Assembly: GCA_964016885.1 (NCBI GenBank)
Contig: OZ024743.1
Coordinates: 372,496,001 to 372,560,000 of the forward strand
DNA from: Eledone cirrhosa
Lineage: Eukaryota
Length of the DNA stretch: 64,000 nt
Direction of reading: 5' to 3'
A model generated the notes under the pieces. It saw only the letters and a program-made list of their open reading frames with translations, had not been told where the DNA came from and did no database searches. Positions 50,268 to 62,244 of this stretch are shown here, piece after piece. A program made the position numbers and the translations under genes. Every line of letters starts with the position of its first letter. The stretch's first letter is position 1.

Positions 50268-50385
50268 CCGTCATCATTATTATCATTATCATTACCAATA
50301 CCATCATCACCATCACTATCATCAGCAACAACTTCATCATCATCATAATCATCATCACCACTACCACTACCACCATCATCATCAT
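50103..50385. repeat. (ATC)n-rich microsatellite
   Basis: Direct inspection. Confidence 0.93.
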
Positions 50386-50557
50386 TTAACATCCATCTTT
50401 CCTTGTTCACATGAAAATTATTACAACTGGTATTACAGGAATCCCTTTTCTTATGTTTACTTTTCTGGTTTTCTCTTAGACAATTAATCCCCACACTAGA
50501 GACAGCCTTAACTTGTTAAATAAATAAAGGTGCTGTTTTTAAGCTACTAAATAAAGG

Positions 50558-50858
50558 CCTTTACATTACTCTATATTTACTATTGTATTTTCATGGTAAA
50601 GGGTTTATCGCACACAATTATCTCATATAATATCAAATCCACGAGATTTTGATATAATTTATTTTGAGATCAATGCCTTAATATCAACATCAGCAGCCAG
50701 TTACAGCCGGTTTGAACAGAAAAAGGTGAGAGAATTCTGGCTGGATACAACCAGTTTGAACAGAAAGAGGTAAGAAAGTTATGGCTGGATACAACTGGCT
50801 TGAACAGAAAGAGGTAAGAGAATTCTGGCCAGCCACAGCCAGTTTAAATGCTAAAGGA
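50558..50858 (+). mobile_element. piggyBac-type MITE, left TIR damaged, with 3 internal 44-bp units
   Basis: Family homology; the right end is TAAATGCTAAAGGA|TTAA. Confidence 0.8.
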
Positions 50859-51258
50859 TTAAGCTACTAAATAAAGGAGTTATTTTTAAGCTACTAAATA
50901 AAGATGTTTTTAAGCTACTTAGTAAAAAAAAAAAAACAGTTATTGGTGTTTGAAAATATCCCTGTGTGTTAGATGATAATTTCGTAGCAACATGTTATAG
51001 TATTTGTGTTATCAATTAAAAACATTGTAATGGATACACCCTAAGCTAATTACTCTAAGTGTTAATTACCTACACGAAGCAGCAATAATTTAACAAACAA
51101 AACTGAACTGTATCTAATTATATCATATACAGTATATGTTTTTTTTAAATTTAATTTTTAATTTGTTCCCTTCCCTATTCACCACCATCATTTTGAGCTT
51201 TATAACTTCTTCATCTACAAATATCTGTTTTCATATTTGAAAACACATTACTTTATAC

Positions 51259-51320
<62 letters not shown>

Positions 51321-52352
51321 AGTGTGTTGGTTAGTTACCAACACTTCAGTATGCAAGGTAGAGCACTCTCAACGAAGTGCTCTACCGAGTCTGTTTACTC
51401 CAGAGTAATTTAAAAACAAGAAGTGTAAGTCAACAGGATAAAATTAACTTTGTTTATTCATATTCACTGTTATATATATTTTGGTGATAACCATTATTCA
51501 ACAGCTATGACTTCACCAGGCAGCTAGTGCTTGAATAGAAAAAACAGAAAAATATACTGATGGAACAAAGTTTACCTCTGTTATTTCGATCTTTTCATAT
51601 GCTACCAGTTCATCAAGAAAACAACACCTTACTTCGGGACTGGGCATATCAAAAGATTGAAATAACAGAGGTAAACTTTGTGCCATCATTATGATAGCAC
51701 AGTGGTCTGTATAACCAAAGACGTGGGTTTGACTCCCATGTACGTCAATCCTCATCTTTTTCCATTTCTTAGAGGGCTCTAAGCCCCACTATCAGGCTAA
51801 AATTTCTTTAGTAAAAAAATACAGCGAAAGCTTCTATTTCTAATTTCAAACTCGCTCGCTGTTTCAAAACATACTAACCCATGCTAGCGTGGAAGATAGA
51901 CGTTAGACGATGATGATGATGATGATGACTTACTTATATATATACATATATATATATATAATCAGTTCCCGTATGAGCAAGACAAGGTCACCCAACCTAA
52001 TATCGGCCACAACAGGACAACCCATCTAACCAATGCTAGCGTGGAAGAATGGACGTAAAACGGCGATGATGATAACGATGAGGATGATATATATATAGAT
52101 AAATAGATGGGTAGAGAGACAGACAAACACAGAGACAGACAGACAAACAAGCAGGCAGGCAGAGAGAGACAAACAAACAGACAGACAGGCAGGCAGGCAT
52201 GCAGGCAGACATATAGACAGATAGATAGATAGATAGATAAGATAGATAAATAGATAAATAGATAGATAAGATAGATAGATAGATAGACAGATAGATAGAT
52301 AGATAGATAAGATAGATAAATAGATAAATAGATAGATAAGATAGATAGATAT

Positions 52353-52492
52353 ATTTCTTTATTAGCCACAGGGGCACAAAAGAAGGGGACAAATACAAAG
52401 GGGGAAGTTTACATACAATAAAAACGTGTAAAATGTTATCACAGATGGAATTTAAAAGTTAGTCGATTTTCCCCAATAGAGGGAGACAGTTT
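52353..52492 (-). mobile_element. Tx1-like LINE 3' UTR stub flanked by (GATA)n
   Basis: Same 3' UTR as the 52926 and 54108 copies. Confidence 0.8.
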
Positions 52493-52494
52493 AT

Positions 52495-52537
<43 letters not shown>

Positions 52538-52579
52538 GATAGATAAATAGATAGATAGATAAATAGATAGATAGATAAG

Positions 52580-52918
52580 ATCATCATCATCATCATTTTA
52601 CGTCCGCTTTCCCTGCTTGCAAGGGTGGGACGGGAACTGATTCTGGCTTGATTTCTACAGCTGGATGCCTTTCCTAACACCAACCTCATTTACAGTGAGT
52701 GCTGGGTGCTTTTTTTGCCATGGCACCTCCACGTCCACTTTGCAGTGGAATGATATGGAACCCAGTCCCTATCATCTCATTTCTACAGCTGAGTAAACTG
52801 GAGCAATGTGAAATAAAGTGTCTTGCTCAAGGAAACAACACATCACCCGGTCTGAGAATTGAACTCACAACCTTTCGATTGCAAGGCCAATGCTCTAACC
52901 ACTAAGCCATGTGCCTCC
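52580..52918 (-). mobile_element. SINE family 2 copy inserted in a (GATA)n spacer
   Basis: Reverse complement of 19669-20018, with AAGAT at both ends. Confidence 0.92.
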
Positions 52919-52925
52919 ACAAGAT

Positions 52926-53185
52926 ATGTTTCTTTATTAGCCACAGGGGCACAAAAGAAGGGGACAAATACAAAGGGGGAAGTTTACATACAATAAAAAC
53001 GTGTAAAATGTTATCACAAATGCAATTTAAAAAATTAGTCGATTTTCCCCAATAGGGGGAGACAGTTCATATGGGTAACACATACCCCCGAAAAAATGTG
53101 AAACCCTCATCTCCAGGAGTATGAAGAGTTTGTACTCCTTTCCTCTCCTCCTCCTTTTCCTCAACCTACAGGCTGATATAGAGAG
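52926..53185 (-). mobile_element. Tx1-like LINE 3' UTR plus the last ORF2 codons
   Basis: Homologous to 54108-54365. Confidence 0.85.
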
Positions 53186-53198
53186 ATAGATAGATAAG

Positions 53199-53229
<31 letters not shown>

Positions 53230-53239
53230 GATAGATAGA

Positions 53240-54093
53240 TTTCTTTATTTGCCACAAGGACGCACAAGAAAAGGGAACAATACAAGGACATATGCCAGGA
53301 ATTTTACACACAATCGTGTAAAAAATTATTTTCAACAAACAAATTTAACAATCAAAATCCCCAATAGGGCGGAGACGTTACAAACGGGTTGTTTTATACC
53401 CCGTAGATAGAACAACCCTCAACTCCAGGAGCATGTTGTGCAAGTGCTCCTTTCTTCCTTTTGCTCTCTTCTTCAACCTGCAGGTTTATATACAGAGAAG
53501 GCCCAATCACTCGGACCATTTTTGCTACATTCACCCACCTTTCAGTAAATTTACTGGGGTGCTGTACCTCTTCTCCACTCTGATTCTCCTTCTAAAGTGG
53601 TACCAAAAGAAGGGAATGAGTTGTCCGGAGAGAAAGGCATCTGTCCTCAGTCCTCTCTATCTTCTCCACCATATAACCTCTTTTACCATGGCCACTATAC
53701 AGAGGAAAACCGCCTCTCTTTCGTTTTTGAAAGAAGTTGGCGGTTTGATCCTTACTATGGACACGGCAGTCAACTGGATTTGTCCCATATGTGACAGCAG
53801 TTGTTCTGCGTTGTTCCACAGGTCGGTTACGCCCGGGCAGTGTACAATTGCATGCAGGATGGTTTCAATGTCCTGCGCGCATCTTGGACACATCCTCTTG
53901 GAAGGATCCCTGTCAGGGCGTCCGTGCCTGTAGATCTTGTCTTGAAATGGTAGAGCTCCTCAGTAGCACTGCCAGGCCAAGGACCTTTGGAAGTTGTCCA
54001 TAGGTCCCGGGCGAAAGGTCCTACCGAACAGACCGGTGAATTTGTCGTCTTCGAATTTGTCGTCTCACAAACGGTGCCCACACCAGTTGGTCA
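53240..54093 (-). mobile_element. 5'-truncated Tx1-like LINE
   Basis: LVWAPFVRR, CPRCAQDIETILHAIVHC and FLCIVAMVKEVIWW. Confidence 0.87.
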
Positions 54094-54107
54094 ATAGATA
54101 GAGAGAT

Positions 54108-56623
54108 ATGTTTCTTTATTAGCCACAGGGGCACAAAAGAAGAGGACAAATACAAAGGGGGAAGTTTACATACAATAAAAACGTGTAAAATAATATCACA
54201 AATGCAACTTAAAATTAATCGATTTTCCCCAATAGAGGGAGACATTTCATATGGGTAACACATACCCCCGAAAAAATGTGCAACCCTCATCTCCAGGAGT
54301 ACGAAGAGTGAGTACCCCTTTCTTCTCTTCCTCTTTTACTTCAACCTACAGGCTGATATAGAGAGAAGGCCCATTCACTCGGGCCATTCTCGCCACTTTC
54401 ACCCACCTTTCATAAAACTTGCTGGGGTACAGCACCTCTCTCTCTATCCTGATTCTTCTTCCAAAGTGGTATTTGAAAAAAAGAATCAGTTGCTGGCCGG
54501 AGAGAAAGGTGTCTGACCTCAGCCCTTTCAAGTTTGTCCACCATACAACCTCTTTCGCCATAGCTATCACACAAAGGAAAACCGCCTCTCCTTCGTTTTT
54601 GAAGGAGGGTGGCGGTTTGATCATGACAATGGACTCGGTGGTCAACTAAATTGGTCCCACCCACGACAATAGTTATTCTACATAGCCCCACAGGTCGGTA
54701 ACGCCCGGGCAGTGTACGAATGCGTGAGCGACGGTTTCTTCGTCTCGCACGCATCTCGGACAGATCTTTTTCAAAGGGTCTCTACTCAGGCGCCCATGTC
54801 TGTAGAGCTTGTCTCGAACTGGTAGAGCTCCTCGGTAGCACTGCCAGACCAGGGACTTTTGGAAGTTGTCCATCGGTCCCGGGCAGAAGGTCCTTCCGAA
54901 CAGACTGGCCAGTTCGTCTTCCTCTACGCCTAGTGTTTCTCCGAGCGCGTCGTCGCACTTGCTGCGGACCAACCCTCTATAGAATGACGAAGTGGAGTCT
55001 CCACTGATCGCCGAGTCCGCCTGCCAGAGGGCTGTGAGCGCCTGAGCCGATGCACAAACACGCGCTCAATGTTTGTGTTGTTTGTGTTGGTAGTTGTATG
55101 TTTGTAGTGATGTTTGTTGCTCTTTTGTTCTTGTGGTGTCTTTTCTTCTTTCTTTTCGAATGGAGAGGCTCTCCCGCATCGTCACTTGGTGATGATGAGG
55201 GGGCCTCGTCCGTTGTGGTGTCTGTGTTATTTGGAAGGGGTATGTTTTGGGGAGCTGTTGTGTTCGTGGGTATTTTTGCAGTGGTTTTAGGTGGAGTGGG
55301 GTTGGATGGGACTGTGCTTGCAGTTTGGTTTGTTGTTCTTGTTTTGGTTATGTTTGCGTGTTGTTGTTGTGGTGGTGGTGGTGGTTGTGTTGTTGTTTTG
55401 AGTGTTGGCAGTAGTGCCTCTTTTTTTCTTGCAGCTAGCTGAGGACAGTAAGCTTTCAGGTGACCACTGCTTAAACAGTGGTAACATGAAGGCCTCCTAC
55501 CCTCAATAGAAATGTTTATGTATGAAATCCCATCCAGAGGGATACATTGGGGTATTTTAGCTATCCGTTCTGGCCTCATTTGGACCAGAACTTCCAGGCT
55601 TGTACCATTGAATGTGCCTCTGGAGGACTTTCCCGCTGAAATTATGGTGTCTTCATCGAAATCGATGAGGCCAGTCAAAATCCACCAGACATTTACGTTT
55701 GGTGTAATATTTGAAATTTTTATTTTTGGGGTTCTTTTTCCCATATATGTGGGGGAAAAGGTGTAAAGGGGGGGGGCACAATTGGCGACACAGAATATTT
55801 TTGTGCCGTCAATTGGTCTTTCATCAGCACCGAAATGCTTCCAAAAAGTTTACCTTTTTGGATGAAGGCAATATCTTTCATTGAATTTTTCAGAACCAGT
55901 TCAATTTCGTTTTGGGATAATTGGACTAGTTTTTTAAACACATTTGAAACTGTCCTAAAAATTATTATTTTTAGGATAGTTTCTCTACGTAACTTCTTAA
56001 GGAGAAGTGATGCTGAAAGCACCACTATCACCAAAAGTTACATACTGCTTTGCATCACTTCACATTTCCCTAGCATTGGAAATGTCAAGGTATGTAAACA
56101 GTTCCGTCTTTTGGACGGTTTGTGCAAAGGAAATCTTTTCCTTGTTTGTGGAGTTGTTCGTATTGCTGTTGTTGATGGTGGTGTTGTTGTTATAATTGTT
56201 GCTGTTGTTCTTGTTGTCATTATTGTTGTTGTTGTTGTTGTTGTTGTTCTGGTTAGTATTGTTCACATTTTTCATGTTATTGGTGTTGGTGTTGGTGTTG
56301 GTGTTACAATCAACGTTCGACATCGTGTTTTCAAAACTGACGACATTTTCAATGTCTTTCAATGAGGTAGTGAGAGGAGATGACTGCGAGCTTAACATTC
56401 TTACCGCCTCTCAACCACTTCTAGTACTGGACGCGTCGTCCATGACTGAATGCAACATTTGTTTATAATTTTTCACCGAAAAACTTTTTCAAACTCATTT
56501 TCACCCCTCCCCGAAGGTCCAGATGTGGGGTCAAGCTATAAAATAGTATCAAATTTAACAATAAATTTTTGATTTCTTATGCAGAATATCAACAAAAACT
56601 TACTGGCACACGTCTACCGAGAT
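54108..56623 (-). mobile_element. Internally deleted Tx1-like LINE: 5' UTR, frameshifted ORF1 (CCHC knuckle) and ORF2 C-terminus only
   Basis: ORF1 pieces 56060..56398, 55720..56034 and 54977..55744 (CYHCLSSGHLKAYC). A junction at ~55030 leads to AQALTALWQ; the EN and RT are absent. Confidence 0.88.
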
Positions 56624-56679
<56 letters not shown>

Positions 56680-56947
56680 TGTTTCTTTTATTTGCCACCA
56701 GGGCATCAAAAGTGGGACAAGTACAATGGGGGGAGTTTACAAAACAAGGCGTCCTCAATAAGGAGGAAGCAATAACAATATATAAAAATAAAATAAAATA
56801 TAACAAAAAATAAAATTTATAACAAAGTCCTCAATAGAGAGGAGGCGCCTTGGGGGGTCGCACCCCCCCCCCCCGAAAAAAAGTGTGCAACCCTTTTCCT
56901 CGGGAGCACAGAGAAGGGGTGCTCCCTTGGTCGTTCATCTTCCTCAC

Positions 56948-59900
56948 CTATAGTCTGATGTAGAGTGAAGGCCCATTCACACGGGCCATTCTCGCCACTT
57001 TCACCCATCTTTCATAAAAACGACTGGGGTGGAGCACCTCTCTCTCCATCCTGATCCTTCTTCCGAAATGATATCGGAAGAAACGGACCAGTTGTTGGCC
57101 AGAGAGAAAGGTGTCTGACCTCAGTCCTTTCAAACGCGTCCACCATACAACCTCTTTCGCCATGGCTATTACGCACAGAAACACTGCCTCTTCTTCGTTT
57201 TTGAAGAGGGGAGGCGGCTTGATCGTTACAATAGACTCGGTGGTCAACCGGATCGGTCCCACCCTTGACAGCAGTTGTTCGACATAGCCCCACAGATCGG
57301 CAATGCCCGAGCAGTGTACCAATGCGTGTGCAACGGTTTCCTCGTCGCACACGCATCTGGGACAGATCTTTTTCGAGGGGTCCCTACCCGGGCGCCCGTG
57401 TCTGTAGAGCCTTTCTCGAACGGGCAGAGCCCTTCTGTAGCATTGCCAGGCCAGGGACCTCTGGAAGTTATCCATGGGTCCCGGGCTGAATGTCCTACCG
57501 AACAGGTTGGCCAGTTCGTCTTCCTCCATGCCTAGGGCTTCTCCGAGGGCGTCGTCGCACCTGCTAACCACCAGCCCTCTATAGAATGACGAGGTGGATT
57601 CTCCACTGACAGCCGGGTCTGCCTGCCAGAGAGCCGTGAGCGCCTGGGCACACTCGGTGTGCCAGGCGCCCAGTTTTCTCGGTCTTTGCTTGACCCAGGA
57701 TTGCAGCTCGGTGAGTGAGACGAGTCTGGGAAAGGCTCGCCTCACAAACGGGGCCCACACCGGTTGACCGGAGAGGAATACCTGAAGGTGCCGTAGCCTT
57801 AATGCGTGTTTACGTATCATTAGCCACGGCATCCCCAACCCTCCTTTCGAAGGGTGTTGACAGCAGATGGATCTCCTCACCATAGGAGCCCGCTTCTTCC
57901 AAAGGAATTGGAAGAGTGCGCGCTCCATTTTGGCGAGCGTTTCCCTTGGGCAAGGCACAACGGTCAGGCGGTAGTAGATGACGGACGCTATATAAGTGTT
58001 CGCCACCTCCGCCCGACCTTTCAGGGACAGTTAGCACTCGGCCCACTTCTGGGTCAGTGCAAACACCCTGTTCGTTACCTCACCCCAGTTCTTCTCCACC
58101 TGGAGGTCTGGTCCGAACCAGACCCCGAGCAACTTCACCGGGCCCTCCGTCCAGCGCCCTACGACGCCATCGGAGGGCATCGATCTGCCCCTCCACGTGC
58201 CGAGTTGCAGACCGATCGACTTGTCCCGGTTCAGCTTAGCCCCTGTAAACCTTTCGCACTCCTCCAGTAAGGTGCCGATCGCCCCGATTTCCGAGGCCGT
58301 CGACACCATTACTGTTACGTCATCGGCGTAGGCTGACACCGCTTTCCGCAATCCCGGTTCCAACGGGATACCCTGCAACAACTCCAACTTCCGCAGCAGT
58401 GGATCTAGAGTCATTACATACAGAAGGGAGGAGAGAGGGCACCCCTGTATCGCATGAGGTGGAGGTTGTCGTGGATGGACCTGGACGGGATAGCACATGT
58501 CTGCGCATCTCCCACCAGGTTGCCCACGACAAGCGCCAACCTCTTTGCTAGCACCTTGGCCAAAATCTGTAACTCTGTATTTAGCAGAGTTATGGGCCTG
58601 AAATTATTTATATCGTCCCCCTTGTTCTCGTCCTTCCTCACTAGCGTGACTACGCCCTTGGTCACAGCACAGGGAATTCTCCTGTCCTGTTGCCAGTTGC
58701 AGTAGACCGCCTCGAGGAGATCGGGGAACAAGTCCGGCATAGCTAGATATAGTTCGTATGGAAGACCATCGAGACCCGGGGATTTGCGTTTGCCGCATTG
58801 GCTCAGCACGTCCTCTATCTCAGCGGCTGAAATCGGCTCCTCGCAGGACTTCGCCTCCCTGTCCGAGAGACGCGGCAGGCCGTCGAGGTATGGACCGAAG
58901 TCCACATCCTCAACCGGCCCCCCGCCCCTTCCGAACAATCCGGCAAAGTGCTTTTGAAAAGCCTCGCACATCTGCTTAGTTTCAAGGATCACCCGTCCAT
59001 CCTGGTCTCACAAAGACCGGATAGTGGATCTGCTCCCTCTTTTGGCTTCTGTCACGCGGGCCCAGCGAACAGCTTTGGTCCCCTCGTTTCCCAGAGCACG
59101 TATTTTGCTTCGGACGATGCAGCCTTCGTGTTTCGCGTCGAAGAACTGGCCCAGGGCCGTTCTCGACGCTAGCACTCTGGCTACGTCGCCGCTTCTAATT
59201 GCCTCTTCTACACTATCTATCAACTCCCTTTCCTTCCTATTTCTATCTTAGGCTAACTCCTTACTAACTCCTATTGAAGCTAGTCTAATCTCTCTTTTGA
59301 GAGATCCCCACCACCTGCTGTTGACGATGGCGCCCGTCAACCGCTCCTTAACTAAAGTGCTAATCCGGTCCCTGTAAGCCTTACTTGCAGGTAAGGACAA
59401 GTTGAGCTTCCAGTAACCGGGTCCCTGTCTATGAGTTCTGTCAAGGTTGACCATGCAGGTCATTAACTTGTGGTCTGAATAGCCAACCATGCGCATTTTT
59501 GGACAACTTAAAAAGTCCTTATCCTTAATTCTAACTAAGAACCTATCTAGGTACGACCTAGATGATCCGCTACGATTTGCCCAAGTCCAGGTTGGCGCAG
59601 TCGGAAAATCTAGTCGATATCTATCGGCCAGGTCAAATCGACCGATTAACCCTTTGAGGCTATTACACCCCTCTCTATCGGGACAGGCCCCATACGTAGT
59701 CCCAGCGTGCATCTAGGATACCATTCCAGTCCCCCACTAATAGCAAGGAGCGGGACGTCCCTAGAAAAGTCTCCAGACGATGGAAGAAGTCCGGCCGCAT
59801 TGACCCGAAAGGGCCGTAGGCGGCTACCAACCTAATCGCTCCGCCTTTACCACTGCCAAGGTCCAGAACCACTAGTCGACCCTCCGGGTCCAAATGTACC

Positions 59901-60151
59901 ATCTGTGTTGCGAGACCCAGATGTTTTTGCAGCAGAACGACAACTCCACCCCCACCTCCGGGCTGACAGAGAGATGCGTGCATCTCAAAGTCATCAAAGG
60001 TGGGGGCCAGCTGTCGCACGTTGCTGATCCGGGCCTCGCAAATAACCATCACATCTATACGTTGTGACCTGAGGTCATTTAGAAGCATTGCTTGCTTCCA
60101 AGTTGAGCCCAGGCCACGCGCATTTAAACAGCCTACTCTTAGCATAGCCAT
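56948..60151 (-). pseudogene. Tx1-like ORF2 (APE endonuclease, RT, zf-RVT) disrupted by stops, frameshifts and a deletion
   Basis: LNARGL, VGDWNGI, YLDRFLV, SDHK, PGYWKLN, KSPGLDG, FRPITLLN, QGCPLS, YADD, KLLG and GGLG. The D..KAFD block is deleted at ~58450. Confidence 0.9.
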
Positions 60152-60351
60152 GTTGGTGGTGAAGAGAAAAGGCACTTACCTCTCTGCGTCCCGGGTATCG
60201 GGCTGCACAATTTCCATTAGGGTGGGGGATGGGTTGTTGGGTGGGTGGTGGTTTGTGGAAGTGTAGGGGCATCAGTGTGTTGTGTGGTTGGGGAGTTTGG
60301 AGTCGTGTGGGTGTTTGGGGAGGGGTGGGGTAGTTTTTTAGGAGGACGCGG

Positions 60352-61969
60352 TTAATGGGCCCGACGCAGGGGGGGACCCACGTCCTCTTTAAAATTGTTT
60401 TTTAAAGTTTTATAGGTGTCCTGTGGGGCCTTAATCATTTTGAGGTGGGGGAAATCCCCTGCCTGGGTGAAGTTAGGCCCTTGTGTTTTTATTAGATTGT
60501 TGTTGTACACAATGTTTAACAGTTTTTTGTTTCTTGTATTTATGTATGTGTATGCATGTTTTTGTTTTTGTGTGGTGTTTTTTGTTTGCTGTTGTTGTGA
60601 GCTCTTTTGCGTTGGTGTCAGTGTTATGTTTTGGGGAGGGGTTGTTTTCATTTGTGTGTCTGAGGTGTGTTTTCTTTTTTTTCTTTTGATTGTGTGGAAG
60701 TGCTCCTCCTCGTCTGACGACGAACTAGGGTCATCTTCCGCGTTGGAGGGGAGGGGTATATTTTCGGGTTGTGTTTGCGGTGCGGGTGTTTTGGAAATTG
60801 CTTTTGTTTTTTGAGTGGAGGGGATGGGTTGGACATTGTTTTGTTTTGGTTTGAGCTGTGGTGGTTGTTTTTGTAGTGGTAGTTGTGGTGATTGTGTTGG
60901 TTGTGCAGTTGTTGGTGGTGTAGGCAGGATTGGGGTTTTCTTATTAAGTTGGGGACAGACAGCCCTCAGGTGACCTCTGGTTCCGCAGAGGTAACACGAG
61001 GGCCGCCTACCCTCAACGGTAATGTTGATGAAGGTTAGATCATCCAGTATGACGCGTTCAGGGATCTGGGCGATCCTTTCGGGCCTCATTTGAACTACAA
61101 GTTCGAGGCTCGTTCCACTGAACGCGTCACCCGATGCCTTTCCCATGGACACCAGCATGTCATCATCCAGGTCCAGGAAACCTGTCAAAACCCACCATAT
61201 GTCCATAATCGGCAGGATGGTGTGGATTTTTATTTTTTGTGTTCTTCTACCCATGTACGTAGGGTAGAAGGTGTATGCGGTGGTTGTGATTGGTTTGATG
61301 GACAGTTTCACTGCTGTGTCCCTGTCCTTCATGAGAATGGATAGACTCCCGTAGAGTCTATCCTTCTGAATGAAGGTGATGTCCTTCATGACGTCTTTTA
61401 AAACCAGCTCTATCTCACTCTGTGATGGTTGAGCTGGTTTTTTGCTTTTATTCGAGATTGTCCTAAACATGACAGTGTTTAGGAGTCTCTGGCTTTTTAG
61501 TTCCGGGGGTGGGTGGGGGTGGAATGGATTGTGAATGAACCATTTTCCCCGTACACTATATATTTTTTGGCATCTGCCAGTAGCTCCTTCGCTTTGGTTA
61601 TATCTACTGGCAGATAGTCGAGGATTTTCCTTGCCGTCTCGGCGAAGGAGAAATTTTTTTGTTTGTGTTGTTGTTGTCGTTGGTGGTGTTGTTGTTATCA
61701 TTGTTGTTGTTGTCACAGTTATTGGTCTTGTTGTTGTTATTGTTATTGGTGTTGTTTTCGTCCGTCGCATTGTTGTTGTTGCTGCTGTTGCTGGTGCCGC
61801 TGGTTCTTTGGGTTGTTGCCATGGCAACGTCAAGTTGTCGGTTAACAGAAAATCCTTCCTCTGGCTGACCTCTCTTCTTGACCTCTGCTACTGTGACAGT
61901 GGCAGGGGGAAGCTGTAAGTTTATCTTCCCTTTTCCTCCTTCGAATTTTGGTGAAGAAGCTTCAGCCAT
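60352..61969 (-). pseudogene. Tx1-like ORF1 (nucleic-acid-binding, CX2CX4HX4C knuckle), one frameshift
   Basis: MAEASSPKF..., poly-Asn tract, then ...EGRRPSCYLCGTRGHLRAVC. Homologous to ORF1 of the 54108-56623 element. Confidence 0.8.
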
Positions 61970-62194
61970 TTTAAAAAAATGTTAACTTTTCAACAAGAAA
62001 AAACTTTTTTTTTTGTTTAACTATTTCGCCTAAAGGCGTAGAATATTTTGAGAGACTGACCAGATCAAAGTTTGACCTGGCAGTCCCTCTACAAAATGGT
62101 ACAAAAATGAAAGTTTACAGTTCACAATTTCCGGATGAATTTAAACGAAACTTACCGAGCGAGCTCAGCACATGTGTCCATCGTAAAGAGAGAG

Positions 62195-62242
<48 letters not shown>

Positions 62243-62244
<2 letters not shown>

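Larger units (their letters stand above)
56679..62187 (-). mobile_element. Near full-length (~5.5 kb) Tx1-like (L1 group) LINE, inactivated
   Basis: 5' UTR, ORF1 with a CCHC knuckle, ORF2 with APE-RT-zf-RVT, and a 3' UTR. (GATA)n on both flanks. Confidence 0.93.

Noticed and set aside
50050-50494. Poly-D/M/I ORFs
   Set aside because: Translations of an (ATC)n tract.
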